Origin: an uncultured Lachnospiraceae bacterium | Lineage (GTDB): Bacteria; Bacillota; Clostridia; Oscillospirales; CAG-272 | Assembly: GCA_964569225.1 (NCBI GenBank) | Contig: CAZMTU010000003.1 | Coordinates: 1-60,664, forward strand | Length of the DNA: 60,664 bases | Direction: 5' to 3' | Part shown: in pieces, positions 26,696 through 34,999 of the stretch | Layout of the letters: the number at the start of each line of letters is the position of its first letter | Position numbering within the stretch: position 1 is the stretch's first letter | Notes under the pieces: model-generated | Databases searched by the model: none | The model's input: the letters and a program-made list of their open reading frames with translations, nothing else | What the model was told of the DNA's origin: nothing | Program-made: the position numbers and the translations under genes

Positions 26696-26896
26696 TTTCT
26701 TTTTCTAACTCCCTTTTTATATTTATTTTTCCACAGATCAACCGACCAGTAAACAGACCATTTAGAGAAAAACGTCATTTTTCAAAGCATAAAATCGCCG
26801 TTTGCTTGGAAAAGCGTTTTTTCTATTTTTGTATATTCAAATAACTCAAATCAATTGCCTAAAGTATTTGCGCAATATTTTGGATAAAGCAAAATT

Positions 26897-26926
26897 AAGA
26901 GGGGCTTTTTCCCAAAAGCCCCTCTT
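26897..26926 (-). terminator. Intrinsic terminator of the large surface-protein gene
   Basis: AAGAGGGGCTTTT / AAAAGCCCCTCTT hairpin, followed on the minus strand by AATTTTGCTTT. Confidence 0.7.
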
Positions 26927-26937
26927 GTTCAAATTAA

Positions 26938-29889
26938 TTACTTTAGAATATTATCCTCCAGCCAACGCTTAGTTGCCGCATCGGTGGTGGGATTGTCCGC
27001 CAGCTTCTGGGCCTCGGCATACAAATTTGTGTAATAGCCGCCGCCTTGAGTCTGAGAACCGGTACAGGTGAAATAATAGGTATGGATATTTCCGTTTACA
27101 TCGGCATAAGTTAAATACGGGCGCGCCACAAAGTCAGTTTTATAATATTCGGAGGTGAACCCGCATACAAACGCATTGTACACCAGATAACCGTTATAAG
27201 CAGCATAAGTGCGATAAGCAGGAACGGTAACGGCGCTGCCCTTATACAGATAGCTTTCAGTATCCTTATTCAATGCCCCGCTGACTTTATCCTTTAGCCG
27301 AACCACCATTCCATAGCCAATACCGGTATCGTTGCTGTCGGAAGGCTGAAAATTCTTGTTCGAGCTGTGCAGACTTTCCAGCTCCCGAATGAGATCGGTG
27401 CTGATACGTGCCAGAAAACGTAAGCCGGTAGCATCATCGCTTACCCGCAGTTCAACGCCTGCCATTCCAAATTCCGGAAGCTGCACAGCACTTGCCAGCG
27501 AGTCGTCACTGTCGGCTGTTATACTACCCAATTCTATCCATCCGGCATAAACCAGCAAATCCCCGGTAATTGTCACCTGACTGCTGCATGCTTTAGTACT
27601 GTCATGCGCCTGTGCTGCCTGCGGATCGGTATACCATCCTGTGAAAAGGTACCCTTCCTTACTCATAGCATGCTGCGAGAAGGTAATCACTTCATTTAAT
27701 TCTACAGTGAACTGCTCTACCGTGTTGCCATCCAATGTATTCACAAAGGTAGCGGTAAAGGCACGGAACTGACATTGATAACCGGAAACCTCCTGCGGCG
27801 GAGTTGTATAAATCCACTCGCCCCAGTCATTTCCCTGAGGCAGCCGATAACGAATGGAATAATCCTCGCTTCGAATCCCTTCAGGCAGCTCATACAACGG
27901 TTCTCCGTCAGCAGTTGTCGACCAGTTTATACCGGTCGGCATCGTAATGACCGTTACCCGACAGGTCGCCTTCAATCCGTTTTTAGTCTGAATAGTAATA
28001 ACAGAGCTGCCGGGTGACTTCGCGCTCACCACGGACCCTTCAATAGAAGCGACCGCCGGGGCGGAAGCCGACCAAGTGACCTCCTTTTCGGTTGCATCTG
28101 CAGGCAGAATGGTATAGCCCAACTGATAGCTGTCTCCCACGATCAGCGTAACACTGCTGGTTGCAAGCGTTACCGAAGTAGGTTGAATAATCTTTTGCAG
28201 CACCTGAATGGTAAAACTATCGCTGAAGCTGCCATAGGTAACCTTGACCGTATAAGTGCCGGCGCTGTTCATATTGTAACCGGAACAGGTATAACCGACA
28301 ATCTCAAAAGCAGTTCCGTTAGTAAAGGCGGCTTCTACCACCATTCCGGCAGTGGAAAAGCTATCCCCCACCGTATAAACCGTTTTACTAGGCGGCGTGG
28401 TAATTCGGATACCGGAAACCGATGAATTCTGATACAGCGTATAATCAAGCCGAACCCAACCGTATTTGCCGTTATACTGAGTATATCCCCAATAATAACT
28501 GCCAACCTTTTGAACGATAGATACATTGATAATAGCCCCCTGAGGAACTGTAGCCAATATACTGCTGGTGGTATTTGTTTCTGCCCGCAAATTCAGACCG
28601 CCGTTCGCTACCACCTGATAGGAACCAGTCTTGTATTCGTCCTCAGGCGAGGTTACAGCCCCTGACTGATCTATGCTGCGGGGCATATTGTAATACATCA
28701 AATCCCGCGAACCGCAATAGGAATAAAAGCTGTCCCACGTCCACTGACGGGTATAGATAAGACAGTCCTTATTATTTGTGTTGCATTCATAAGTAATAAA
28801 CCCGCTGGCGGATACCGAAATGACAAAGAGGGAATGTCCCGCGCCGGTACGGATATGACCGCCGGGACCTACCTTGGTAAGAGTTGTCTTCACTGTATTA
28901 GCAGTCCATTTTCCGGCGCTCAGCTTGCTTCCAAAGGCATTATAGTAATCGGTCGTATTACTGAAATCAATGCTTCCATAAAGCCGCCACTGACAGAACC
29001 GAGCAAACCCCATGCACTGTACGCCCTTTAAGTCAATCTGACAGTTCGCCTTGGAGGGCCAGTAACGAATGCAGTTTTCGTTGGATTGAGTATTAGTGAC
29101 ACAATCGCCGGCATGGCAGGTGCAGGCTCTGCCGTTCTGGGAAAAATAAGAACCTACCGGATAGTCTGCAAAGGGAAGTGTAACACCGTTGATTACAAAG
29201 GAACCGCTTGAAGCTGTACTGGAGGGCATATCGCTGTTTTCAAACTGATCAATAATGCTGAGCAAGTTAGTAACGAGCGAGTAGCTGTAGGTCAGGAGCA
29301 TATCGTTGCCATCTTCAGGCAGCTCTTCAACCCCGTCTTCCTCCACATAATCAGGGTTTGGCAGATAGAGAATCACTTCATCCGCCTGATCCATAGACAT
29401 CCGCTGCACCCCCGACAGGCTCATGCCGTCAGGCGCTGTTTGTCCTTTGAAATCGGCAACAAGATCCCCCTCTTTGCAATAAAGCGCCCCCTGCGCTAAG
29501 CAATAAAAGTTCTCCTCACAGACCGAAAAACTGTCTATGGCATCCGGCAAACTGCACAGCAATACAGATTCTCCGCTTTCCAGTGAATAGGAATAAAGCT
29601 TTTCACCGGCGGCATACCAGAGCTCCTGTCCCACAAGGGCAATCTGTTCCGCATCAAGCGCTGCTATCTTATCGGCATTGCCATCGCAGCTCACCCAAAG
29701 CGTTCCGTCATCGTCCAAATAATAGAGCAGTTCCCCTTGATCCACCGCTCTGGCCGAATTGATCGGTGCAGAGACGGAATCTGACGCGGTCTCCGTACCG
29801 TCATCGGTCTGTTCGCATCCGGCCAATAATGCGCCCGCCGTCAGCAGCACTGGCAGTATAAGCAGACCGGCAATCCATTTTTTTAACAT
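26938..29889 (-). CDS. 983-aa multidomain surface lipoprotein: DUF5050-like N-terminus, papain-like (CHAP/NlpC-type) Cys-His domain, SH3b, Ig-like domains, Listeria-Bacteroides-type repeat, C-terminal domain
   Basis: The ATG at 29889 follows GGAGTGA. The lipobox is LLAGC. Domain evidence by segment: QCMGFARFCQW...GHIRTGAGHSLFVI for the Cys-His domain; YQVV.NGGLNLR.....ATVPQGAIINV....G.YYWGYT.YNGKYGWV for SH3b; TVGDSF...GM.V.A.FTNG...YTVKVTYG for an Ig-like domain; VTL.VGDSYQL..TILP.DAT.K.VTW.S for a Big_2-like domain; and GYLFTGWYTD. Confidence 0.8.
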   Translation of the reverse strand: MLKKWIAGLLILPVLLTAGALLAGCEQTDDGTETASDSVSAPINSARAVDQGELLYYLDDDGTLWVSCDGNADKIAALDAEQIALVGQELWYAAGEKLYSYSLESGESVLLCSLPDAIDSFSVCEENFYCLAQGALYCKEGDLVADFKGQTAPDGMSLSGVQRMSMDQADEVILYLPNPDYVEEDGVEELPEDGNDMLLTYSYSLVTNLLSIIDQFENSDMPSSTASSGSFVINGVTLPFADYPVGSYFSQNGRACTCHAGDCVTNTQSNENCIRYWPSKANCQIDLKGVQCMGFARFCQWRLYGSIDFSNTTDYYNAFGSKLSAGKWTANTVKTTLTKVGPGGHIRTGAGHSLFVISVSASGFITYECNTNNKDCLIYTRQWTWDSFYSYCGSRDLMYYNMPRSIDQSGAVTSPEDEYKTGSYQVVANGGLNLRAETNTTSSILATVPQGAIINVSIVQKVGSYYWGYTQYNGKYGWVRLDYTLYQNSSVSGIRITTPPSKTVYTVGDSFSTAGMVVEAAFTNGTAFEIVGYTCSGYNMNSAGTYTVKVTYGSFSDSFTIQVLQKIIQPTSVTLATSSVTLIVGDSYQLGYTILPADATEKEVTWSASAPAVASIEGSVVSAKSPGSSVITIQTKNGLKATCRVTVITMPTGINWSTTADGEPLYELPEGIRSEDYSIRYRLPQGNDWGEWIYTTPPQEVSGYQCQFRAFTATFVNTLDGNTVEQFTVELNEVITFSQHAMSKEGYLFTGWYTDPQAAQAHDSTKACSSQVTITGDLLVYAGWIELGSITADSDDSLASAVQLPEFGMAGVELRVSDDATGLRFLARISTDLIRELESLHSSNKNFQPSDSNDTGIGYGMVVRLKDKVSGALNKDTESYLYKGSAVTVPAYRTYAAYNGYLVYNAFVCGFTSEYYKTDFVARPYLTYADVNGNIHTYYFTCTGSQTQGGGYYTNLYAEAQKLADNPTTDAATKRWLEDNILK

Positions 29890-29909
29890 ACGCTCACTCC
29901 AAGACACTT

Positions 29910-29996
29910 TAACGCAAAAAGCATTTTTCTATAATATTTTTATTATAACATTTTCTGACATTATTTTCAAGACATGTTCTTAATTTTTTTGCGTTA
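29910..29996. repeat. 11-bp perfect inverted repeat (TAACGCAAAAA / TTTTTGCGTTA) bracketing a 65-nt AT-rich core
   Basis: The arms lie at 29910-29920 and 29986-29996. The core contains a TATAAT hexamer and the 7-4-7 palindrome TATAATAttttTATTATA (29930-29947). It sits in the divergent spacer between the surface-protein gene and feoA. Confidence 0.5.
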
Positions 29997-30093
29997 TTAT
30001 GCGCCAAATAAAGGAAAATTTCCATTAAATTCGCTTGAACACAAGCAAACAGCTTTAAAAAAATAAATCTACCGTCTTTTCGGAGGAACTCAT

Positions 30094-30354
30094 ATGACAT
30101 TGAACGAAGGCGTTCCCGGCAACGTTTATACCGTAAAAGCGATTATGCTAAGCATACCAATCGTCCGCCGGCTGCAAATATTAGGAATGACCGCTCAGGC
30201 AACAATTGTTCTGCTAAATAAGCTGCACAGCGGATCGGTATTGATTCGCCTGAGAGGCTGCCGGTATGCGGTGGGCGCCGCCTTTACCAAAGGCATCCTC
30301 GTCCAGTCCGCAGGGTGGACCGCACCGACGTTCAGCCGTTTCTTTTTTCTTTGA
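30094..30354 (+). CDS. feoA: FeoA family ferrous-iron transport protein
   Basis: 86 aa with GGAGGA 7 nt upstream. It shows the SH3-like FeoA pattern (G....V..I......RRL..LG...G..I.......G.V.I...G...A.....A..I.V) and lies directly upstream of feoB. Confidence 0.8.
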   Translation: MTLNEGVPGNVYTVKAIMLSIPIVRRLQILGMTAQATIVLLNKLHSGSVLIRLRGCRYAVGAAFTKGILVQSAGWTAPTFSRFFFL

Positions 30355-30393
30355 TTAAAAAGCTCCCCTATCACATTACGCGAGGTGCCTGCC

Positions 30394-32397
30394 ATGACCG
30401 AATCTTCTCCTCTTCGCGTTGCCTTTATCGGCAACCCCAACTGTGGAAAAACAACGCTGTTTAATGCCTTTACAGGCGCCAGACTAAAGGTTGCAAACTG
30501 GCCCGGTGTAACCGTAGAGAAAAAAGAAGGGGTTTATAAATATAACAACCGGCTTTACAAACTAATTGATTTGCCGGGTATATATTCGCTGACCAGCTAT
30601 ACTATGGAAGAAAAAATCAGCCGCTCTTATATCCTGTCAGACGAAGCAGATATAATTGTCAATGTAATGGACGCTTCCTCATTGGAACGTTCTCTTTATC
30701 TGACTCTTCAGCTTTCAGAGCTGGGCAAACCGGTAGTAGTCGCTCTGAATATGATGGATATTGTGGAACAGCGCGGCATGAAGCTGGCGCTTCACCGGCT
30801 GTCTGACCTATTGGGTATGCCAGTGATTCCGATCAGCGGCAGGCGGCGCACTGGGTTAGACTCGCTCAGCCGCGCCATTGCCGATCTGCGTCAGCCAAAC
30901 ACCGTTAGCCGTCAGTACCGTTCGTATGCCTGTCCCTACAATGCTGAAACTGAAAGCCGGATCAAAGCAGTTGCCGATACACTGAAAAAAAAATATCCGA
31001 ATCTGAACCATCTTCGCTGGTACGCCATTAAGCTGTTGGAACAGGATAAGGAAACAGCCGAATGTTATCCGATAAACCTTCATTTTTCACCCCCAAAAAG
31101 TTATGAATCCGATATAATTGGGCAAAAATATGATTATATCGAAAAAATAACCGCAGAAGTACTGATTGGCAAAACTGTACGCTCTGCCGCTACCGACCGC
31201 GCCGACCGGCTGCTCACTCATCCGATCTGGGGATTTCCTATTTTCTTGATCTTCATGGCGCTGGTCTTTTTTCTCACTTTTACAGCAGGCGATTTTCTAA
31301 AAGGCTACTTTGAGCTGACGCTGGACCAGCTTTCCGAAACGCTTCGCAATCTGCTTCAAGCCGCACATGTTGCCGGATGGATGACCTCTCTGCTGATTGA
31401 TGGAATTCTCGCCGGTGTTGGCGGCGTTCTGACCTTTTTACCCAATATCTGTATTCTTTTTTTGTCGCTGGCATTGCTGGAGGACAGCGGCTACATGGCA
31501 CGGATCGCCTATGTAGCGGACAGTCTTATGAACCGTTTAGGACTTTCGGGACGTGCTTTCCTGCCTATGCTGCTGGGATTTGGCTGCTCGGTTCCGGCGG
31601 TTATGGCAACCCGCACGATGGAGGATTCATCCGATAAAAAGCGGACTATTTTGGTCATTCCCTTTATGTCCTGCTCCGCCCGTCTTCCTGTATATGTTCT
31701 GCTGTCAGAAGTTTTTTTCGGCCGTTTCGCCCTGCCTGCCGCTTTTTCTATGTATCTGATCGGACTGTTGACAGCCATTGTCGCCGAGTGGCTGCTCTCC
31801 AAATTTTTTAATGACTCCGGCACAAAGGCGTTGCTTATTGAACTGCCCGAATATAAATTGCCATCTCCCCGCACTGTAGCGATCTATGTTTGGGAAAAGG
31901 CCGGTAATTATCTCGCCAAAGCGGGTACCGTCATTTTTTTTGCTTCGGTTGCACTGTGGCTTCTGCAATCCTTTAATTTCAGCGGCATGTGCGCGCTGTC
32001 CGATTCCTTCGCCGCTATGCTCGGAAAAGCATTGATTCCCTTCTTTAAACCCTGCGGCTTAGGGTATTGGCAGATTATCGTATCCCTGATTGCCGGTATC
32101 GCCGGGAAAGAAGTGGTTATTTCCTCACTCAGCGTCCTTTACGGCATTAACAGCATTTTCTCCCAAACAGGTATGGCATCCCTTGCCGGCGCACTGGGCA
32201 GCGCGGGCTTTACCGCTCTCAACGCCTATTCGATGATGCTGTTTGTTTTGCTCTATGTTCCCTGTATTGCTGCGGAAGCAGCGATTTACCGCGAAACCGG
32301 ATCGGTCAAATGGACCGCCGCCTCCATTGGGCTTCAACTGACCGGTGCGTGGATTATTTCCGCATTGTTTTATCAGACTGCCGTTTTATTAATTTAA
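30394..32397 (+). CDS. feoB: Ferrous iron transporter FeoB
   Basis: The ATG at 30394 follows GAGGTG. The G-domain reads VAFIGNPNCGKTTLFNA.TG....V.NWPGVTVEKKEG and DLPG.YSL. A polytopic C-terminal half follows. Confidence 0.93.
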   Translation: MTESSPLRVAFIGNPNCGKTTLFNAFTGARLKVANWPGVTVEKKEGVYKYNNRLYKLIDLPGIYSLTSYTMEEKISRSYILSDEADIIVNVMDASSLERSLYLTLQLSELGKPVVVALNMMDIVEQRGMKLALHRLSDLLGMPVIPISGRRRTGLDSLSRAIADLRQPNTVSRQYRSYACPYNAETESRIKAVADTLKKKYPNLNHLRWYAIKLLEQDKETAECYPINLHFSPPKSYESDIIGQKYDYIEKITAEVLIGKTVRSAATDRADRLLTHPIWGFPIFLIFMALVFFLTFTAGDFLKGYFELTLDQLSETLRNLLQAAHVAGWMTSLLIDGILAGVGGVLTFLPNICILFLSLALLEDSGYMARIAYVADSLMNRLGLSGRAFLPMLLGFGCSVPAVMATRTMEDSSDKKRTILVIPFMSCSARLPVYVLLSEVFFGRFALPAAFSMYLIGLLTAIVAEWLLSKFFNDSGTKALLIELPEYKLPSPRTVAIYVWEKAGNYLAKAGTVIFFASVALWLLQSFNFSGMCALSDSFAAMLGKALIPFFKPCGLGYWQIIVSLIAGIAGKEVVISSLSVLYGINSIFSQTGMASLAGALGSAGFTALNAYSMMLFVLLYVPCIAAEAAIYRETGSVKWTAASIGLQLTGAWIISALFYQTAVLLI

Positions 32398-32444
32398 AGT
32401 ATTCTTCGTTCTTAAATTGTTTACATTTTTTTATTCTTCTGCTC

Positions 32445-32489
32445 TTGTATTTTTTAATAAAAGCTGTATAATAATGATAATCAATATTA
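32445..32489 (+). promoter_or_regulatory. rbr promoter (TTGTAT-16-TATAAT) with a Fur-family (PerR/Fur-like) 7-1-7 box just downstream
   Basis: The -35 lies at 32445-32450 and the -10 at 32467-32472. TGATAATCAATATTA at 32475-32489 matches 12 of the 14 defined positions of TGATAATnATTATCA. Confidence 0.5.
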
Positions 32490-32509
32490 ATTTTACGAGG
32501 TGAATAAAT

Positions 32510-33049
32510 ATGGCAAAATATGTATGTCCTGTTTGCGGTTATGTGTATGAAGGAGACAACCCCCCTGAAAAATGTCCCATCTGCGGCAAGGAAATGGTCA
32601 AGGAGGAAGAGGGCGGCAAAACTTGGGCTGCCGAGCATGTAGTAGGCGTAGCTAAGGGTGCGCCCGAAGACATTATTGAAGATCTGCGCGCTAACTTCAA
32701 CGGTGAGTGCAGCGAGGTCGGCATGTATCTGGCTATGGCAAGAGTCGCTTATCGGGAAGGTTATCCGGAAATCGGCGCTTATTGGGAAAAGGCCGCTTAT
32801 GAAGAAGCAGAGCATGCCGCTAAGTTCGCTGAACTGCTGGGCGAGGTCGTTACCGATTCCACTCAGAAGAACCTCCAGATGCGGGTAGACGCAGAAAACG
32901 GCGCAACCGCCGGCAAGACCGATCTGGCTAAACGTGCTAAGGCGCTGAATCTTGACGCAATTCATGATACCGTTCATGAAATGGCTCGTGATGAAGCCCG
33001 TCACGGCAGAGCCTTTGAAGCACTGCTGGCACGGTACTTTGGAAAATAA
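32510..33049 (+). CDS. rbr: Reverse rubrerythrin (N-terminal rubredoxin-like CxxC..CxxC, C-terminal ferritin-like diiron domain)
   Basis: YVCPVCGY...CPICG at the N-terminus, followed by E..G...Y...A, EE.EHA and E..H diiron ligand motifs. Confidence 0.9.
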   Translation: MAKYVCPVCGYVYEGDNPPEKCPICGKEMVKEEEGGKTWAAEHVVGVAKGAPEDIIEDLRANFNGECSEVGMYLAMARVAYREGYPEIGAYWEKAAYEEAEHAAKFAELLGEVVTDSTQKNLQMRVDAENGATAGKTDLAKRAKALNLDAIHDTVHEMARDEARHGRAFEALLARYFGK

Positions 33050-33056
33050 ATAATCG

Positions 33057-33096
33057 GTGCTGACGCGAGAACATTATTCGCGTCAGCACTTTTTTG
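33057..33096 (+). terminator. Intrinsic terminator of rbr
   Basis: GTGCTGACGCGA / TCGCGTCAGCAC 12-bp stem followed by TTTTTTG. Confidence 0.8.
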
Positions 33097-33115
33097 TAAT
33101 GTTTTTCTTTTAAAA

Positions 33116-33159
33116 GCACTCAGGCGCCGGAAATCAAATGATTTCCGGTGCCTGAGTGC
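33116..33159 (-). terminator. Intrinsic terminator of the GH76-like gene
   Basis: About 20-bp stem GCACTCAGGC.CCGGAAATCA / TGATTTCCGG.GCCTGAGTGC, followed on the minus strand by TTTTAAAAG. Confidence 0.7.
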
Positions 33160-33281
33160 GGACTGTCAATCAAACCAACCGGAACGCCGCCCTTAAGCCC
33201 CTTCAAAAATATTATAAAAAGCCTGTTTAGGTAGTATAAATTTTCACAAGAATGTTTTTACCGCTTTTATCCGGTTTAAAA

Positions 33282-34706
33282 TTATTCCGCTGTAATCGAA
33301 GCGTAAAACTCTGCCAAAATAGCGTACATTTCCGCCGCAGACGCTTGATCCATAACATTCTTCTCACTGTCAAACGAATTGGTTTTTATCCAGCCTCTGA
33401 GGTAATCTCTGGGCAAAAAGCCTTCTTCGGTCAGATAATTTTCATAAGCATAATCCAGTGAAGCCTGCATACTCTGAATATATTCCTTACAGTTTTCATC
33501 ATAGGGAAACAGATCAATAAATCCTTCCAACAAAATCAGATTAAACCATGTAGTAGAAGATGTAATAGGATAGAGCACATATCCGTCCTTTACCTTATGA
33601 TTTCCCAATTCATTATAAGCAGCCTTCGCGCTGAGCTTCGCCTGCCGCAGATAACTGCTATTGCCGGTAGCTCGGTAAAGCGCCGCAGCGCCCGAGATCA
33701 TAGCGCCGGTGTTGTAGGTATAGGTCGTTTTGTCAATACTGGAAGACTGAGAAGTAGTTACATAATGCGCGTTTCTGCCTGTTCCCTCAGTTGTTCGCTC
33801 CGAGCCAAGCAAATCGCCGTACAACCCGTTGCCGGTATTCAGACGGGTAGTCCATTTGTAAACCTTTTCCGCCCATTCTAAATAGTATTCGGCATTTTCT
33901 CTGCCTTCCTTAGTAAATATCTCATAAATTTCTACCAACGGTTCAATGATAGGCGCGTTAGAACAGGTGTGCTTGGTTTGATAGCCCGGTCCCCAGCAAA
34001 TACCGCCATATTCTTTTCCTTGGCTGTCAAGCGTGGTATCCCAGCCGTCTAAGCAGCATTCGACAAGCTCCAGCGCGGCGGTCAGATACGATTCTTCCCC
34101 GTTAAGCTTATAGGCATAAACAAACTCACGGATCAGCCACATCTGGTCGTCATAAACAGCCGCAATGCCCGATATGTCCGCCGTTCCCTTGGTATTCGAT
34201 TTATTGACCGCGTACATAGTCTGCTTACGGGTTTCAGTATAATCGGTCACATAACCGGTTCCCTTATAATAATCAAGCGCGGAAACCAGATTCGGGTAGA
34301 GCGCCGCATAATGCGCGCCCTCTCCGCCGGCATTAATAGCCTGTAATTTGGATGTCATAGAAACAACCGATGTAAAATGCCACACCGAAGCGGTGTTGAC
34401 CCCTTTAAGCGTTGTCATATTTACCTTTTCGCTTAATGTCAGGTTATCCTTTCGTCCGGTCAGATAATATTTCTCTATTGTTTGCCCGATTGCAAGCGCT
34501 CTTTCACCGTTCTGGGTCACAAGCGCCTGATAAGCGCCCTTTTCTTCGTCCGTCAGCGAATCGGTTCCCGGTGTCGCCAGTCCTTTTTCCTCTTCTTCTG
34601 TTGTCTGTGCTTCGGTAGTATCCGCTGAGGGAGTTTGACTTGTCTGACATGCTGTACACTGCATCAGTATCAATGCGGCTAACAACAGCGTAATTGTTTT
34701 TTTCAT
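33282..34706 (-). CDS. Glycoside hydrolase family 76-like lipoprotein (putative alpha-1,6-mannanase fold)
   Basis: Lipobox LMQCTAC. Motifs VYDDQMWLIREF and GGICWGPGYQTKHTCSNAP, with an (alpha/alpha)6-type repeat pattern. It is a paralogue of 48947-50188. Confidence 0.65.
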   Translation of the reverse strand: MKKTITLLLAALILMQCTACQTSQTPSADTTEAQTTEEEEKGLATPGTDSLTDEEKGAYQALVTQNGERALAIGQTIEKYYLTGRKDNLTLSEKVNMTTLKGVNTASVWHFTSVVSMTSKLQAINAGGEGAHYAALYPNLVSALDYYKGTGYVTDYTETRKQTMYAVNKSNTKGTADISGIAAVYDDQMWLIREFVYAYKLNGEESYLTAALELVECCLDGWDTTLDSQGKEYGGICWGPGYQTKHTCSNAPIIEPLVEIYEIFTKEGRENAEYYLEWAEKVYKWTTRLNTGNGLYGDLLGSERTTEGTGRNAHYVTTSQSSSIDKTTYTYNTGAMISGAAALYRATGNSSYLRQAKLSAKAAYNELGNHKVKDGYVLYPITSSTTWFNLILLEGFIDLFPYDENCKEYIQSMQASLDYAYENYLTEEGFLPRDYLRGWIKTNSFDSEKNVMDQASAAEMYAILAEFYASITAE

Positions 34707-34917
34707 AATAAGGATCTTCCTTTCGGTATAAGCAAAATGATCTATTGCTTTATTTTATCGCATTTCACGGCTTTTGTCAATCAATTTTTGACAGATTGAA
34801 CAACTTTTTTAGAAAATTTATCTATTTGTATGTAATGATTGCGGCATGACGCGCCGAAAGCCCTCCAATTACATAATTCGAAAAAAATCGATCTCTATGT
34901 ATCACAAACCGGCAAAC

Positions 34918-34946
34918 TTGACAAACCCATACAGCTATGTTATAAT
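34918..34946 (+). promoter_or_regulatory. Consensus sigmaA promoter TTGACA-17-TATAAT for the aminopeptidase gene
   Basis: TTGACA at 34918-34923 and TATAAT at 34941-34946. Confidence 0.7.
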
Positions 34947-34999
34947 GAAGCAGTTTCCGGCTGCTGCCGGTTTATAGAAACGGAGTGAAACTGATTACC

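Noticed and set aside
30001-30093. Fur box upstream of feoA
   Set aside because: There are only loose AT-rich palindromes (GGAAAATTTCC, GTTATTATGCG), and none approaches the 7-1-7 consensus. I will not call it without a matrix scan.
32354-33004. 216-aa minus-strand ORF overlapping rbr
   Set aside because: It is antisense to a rubrerythrin gene with unmistakable metal-ligand motifs, and it has no start context.
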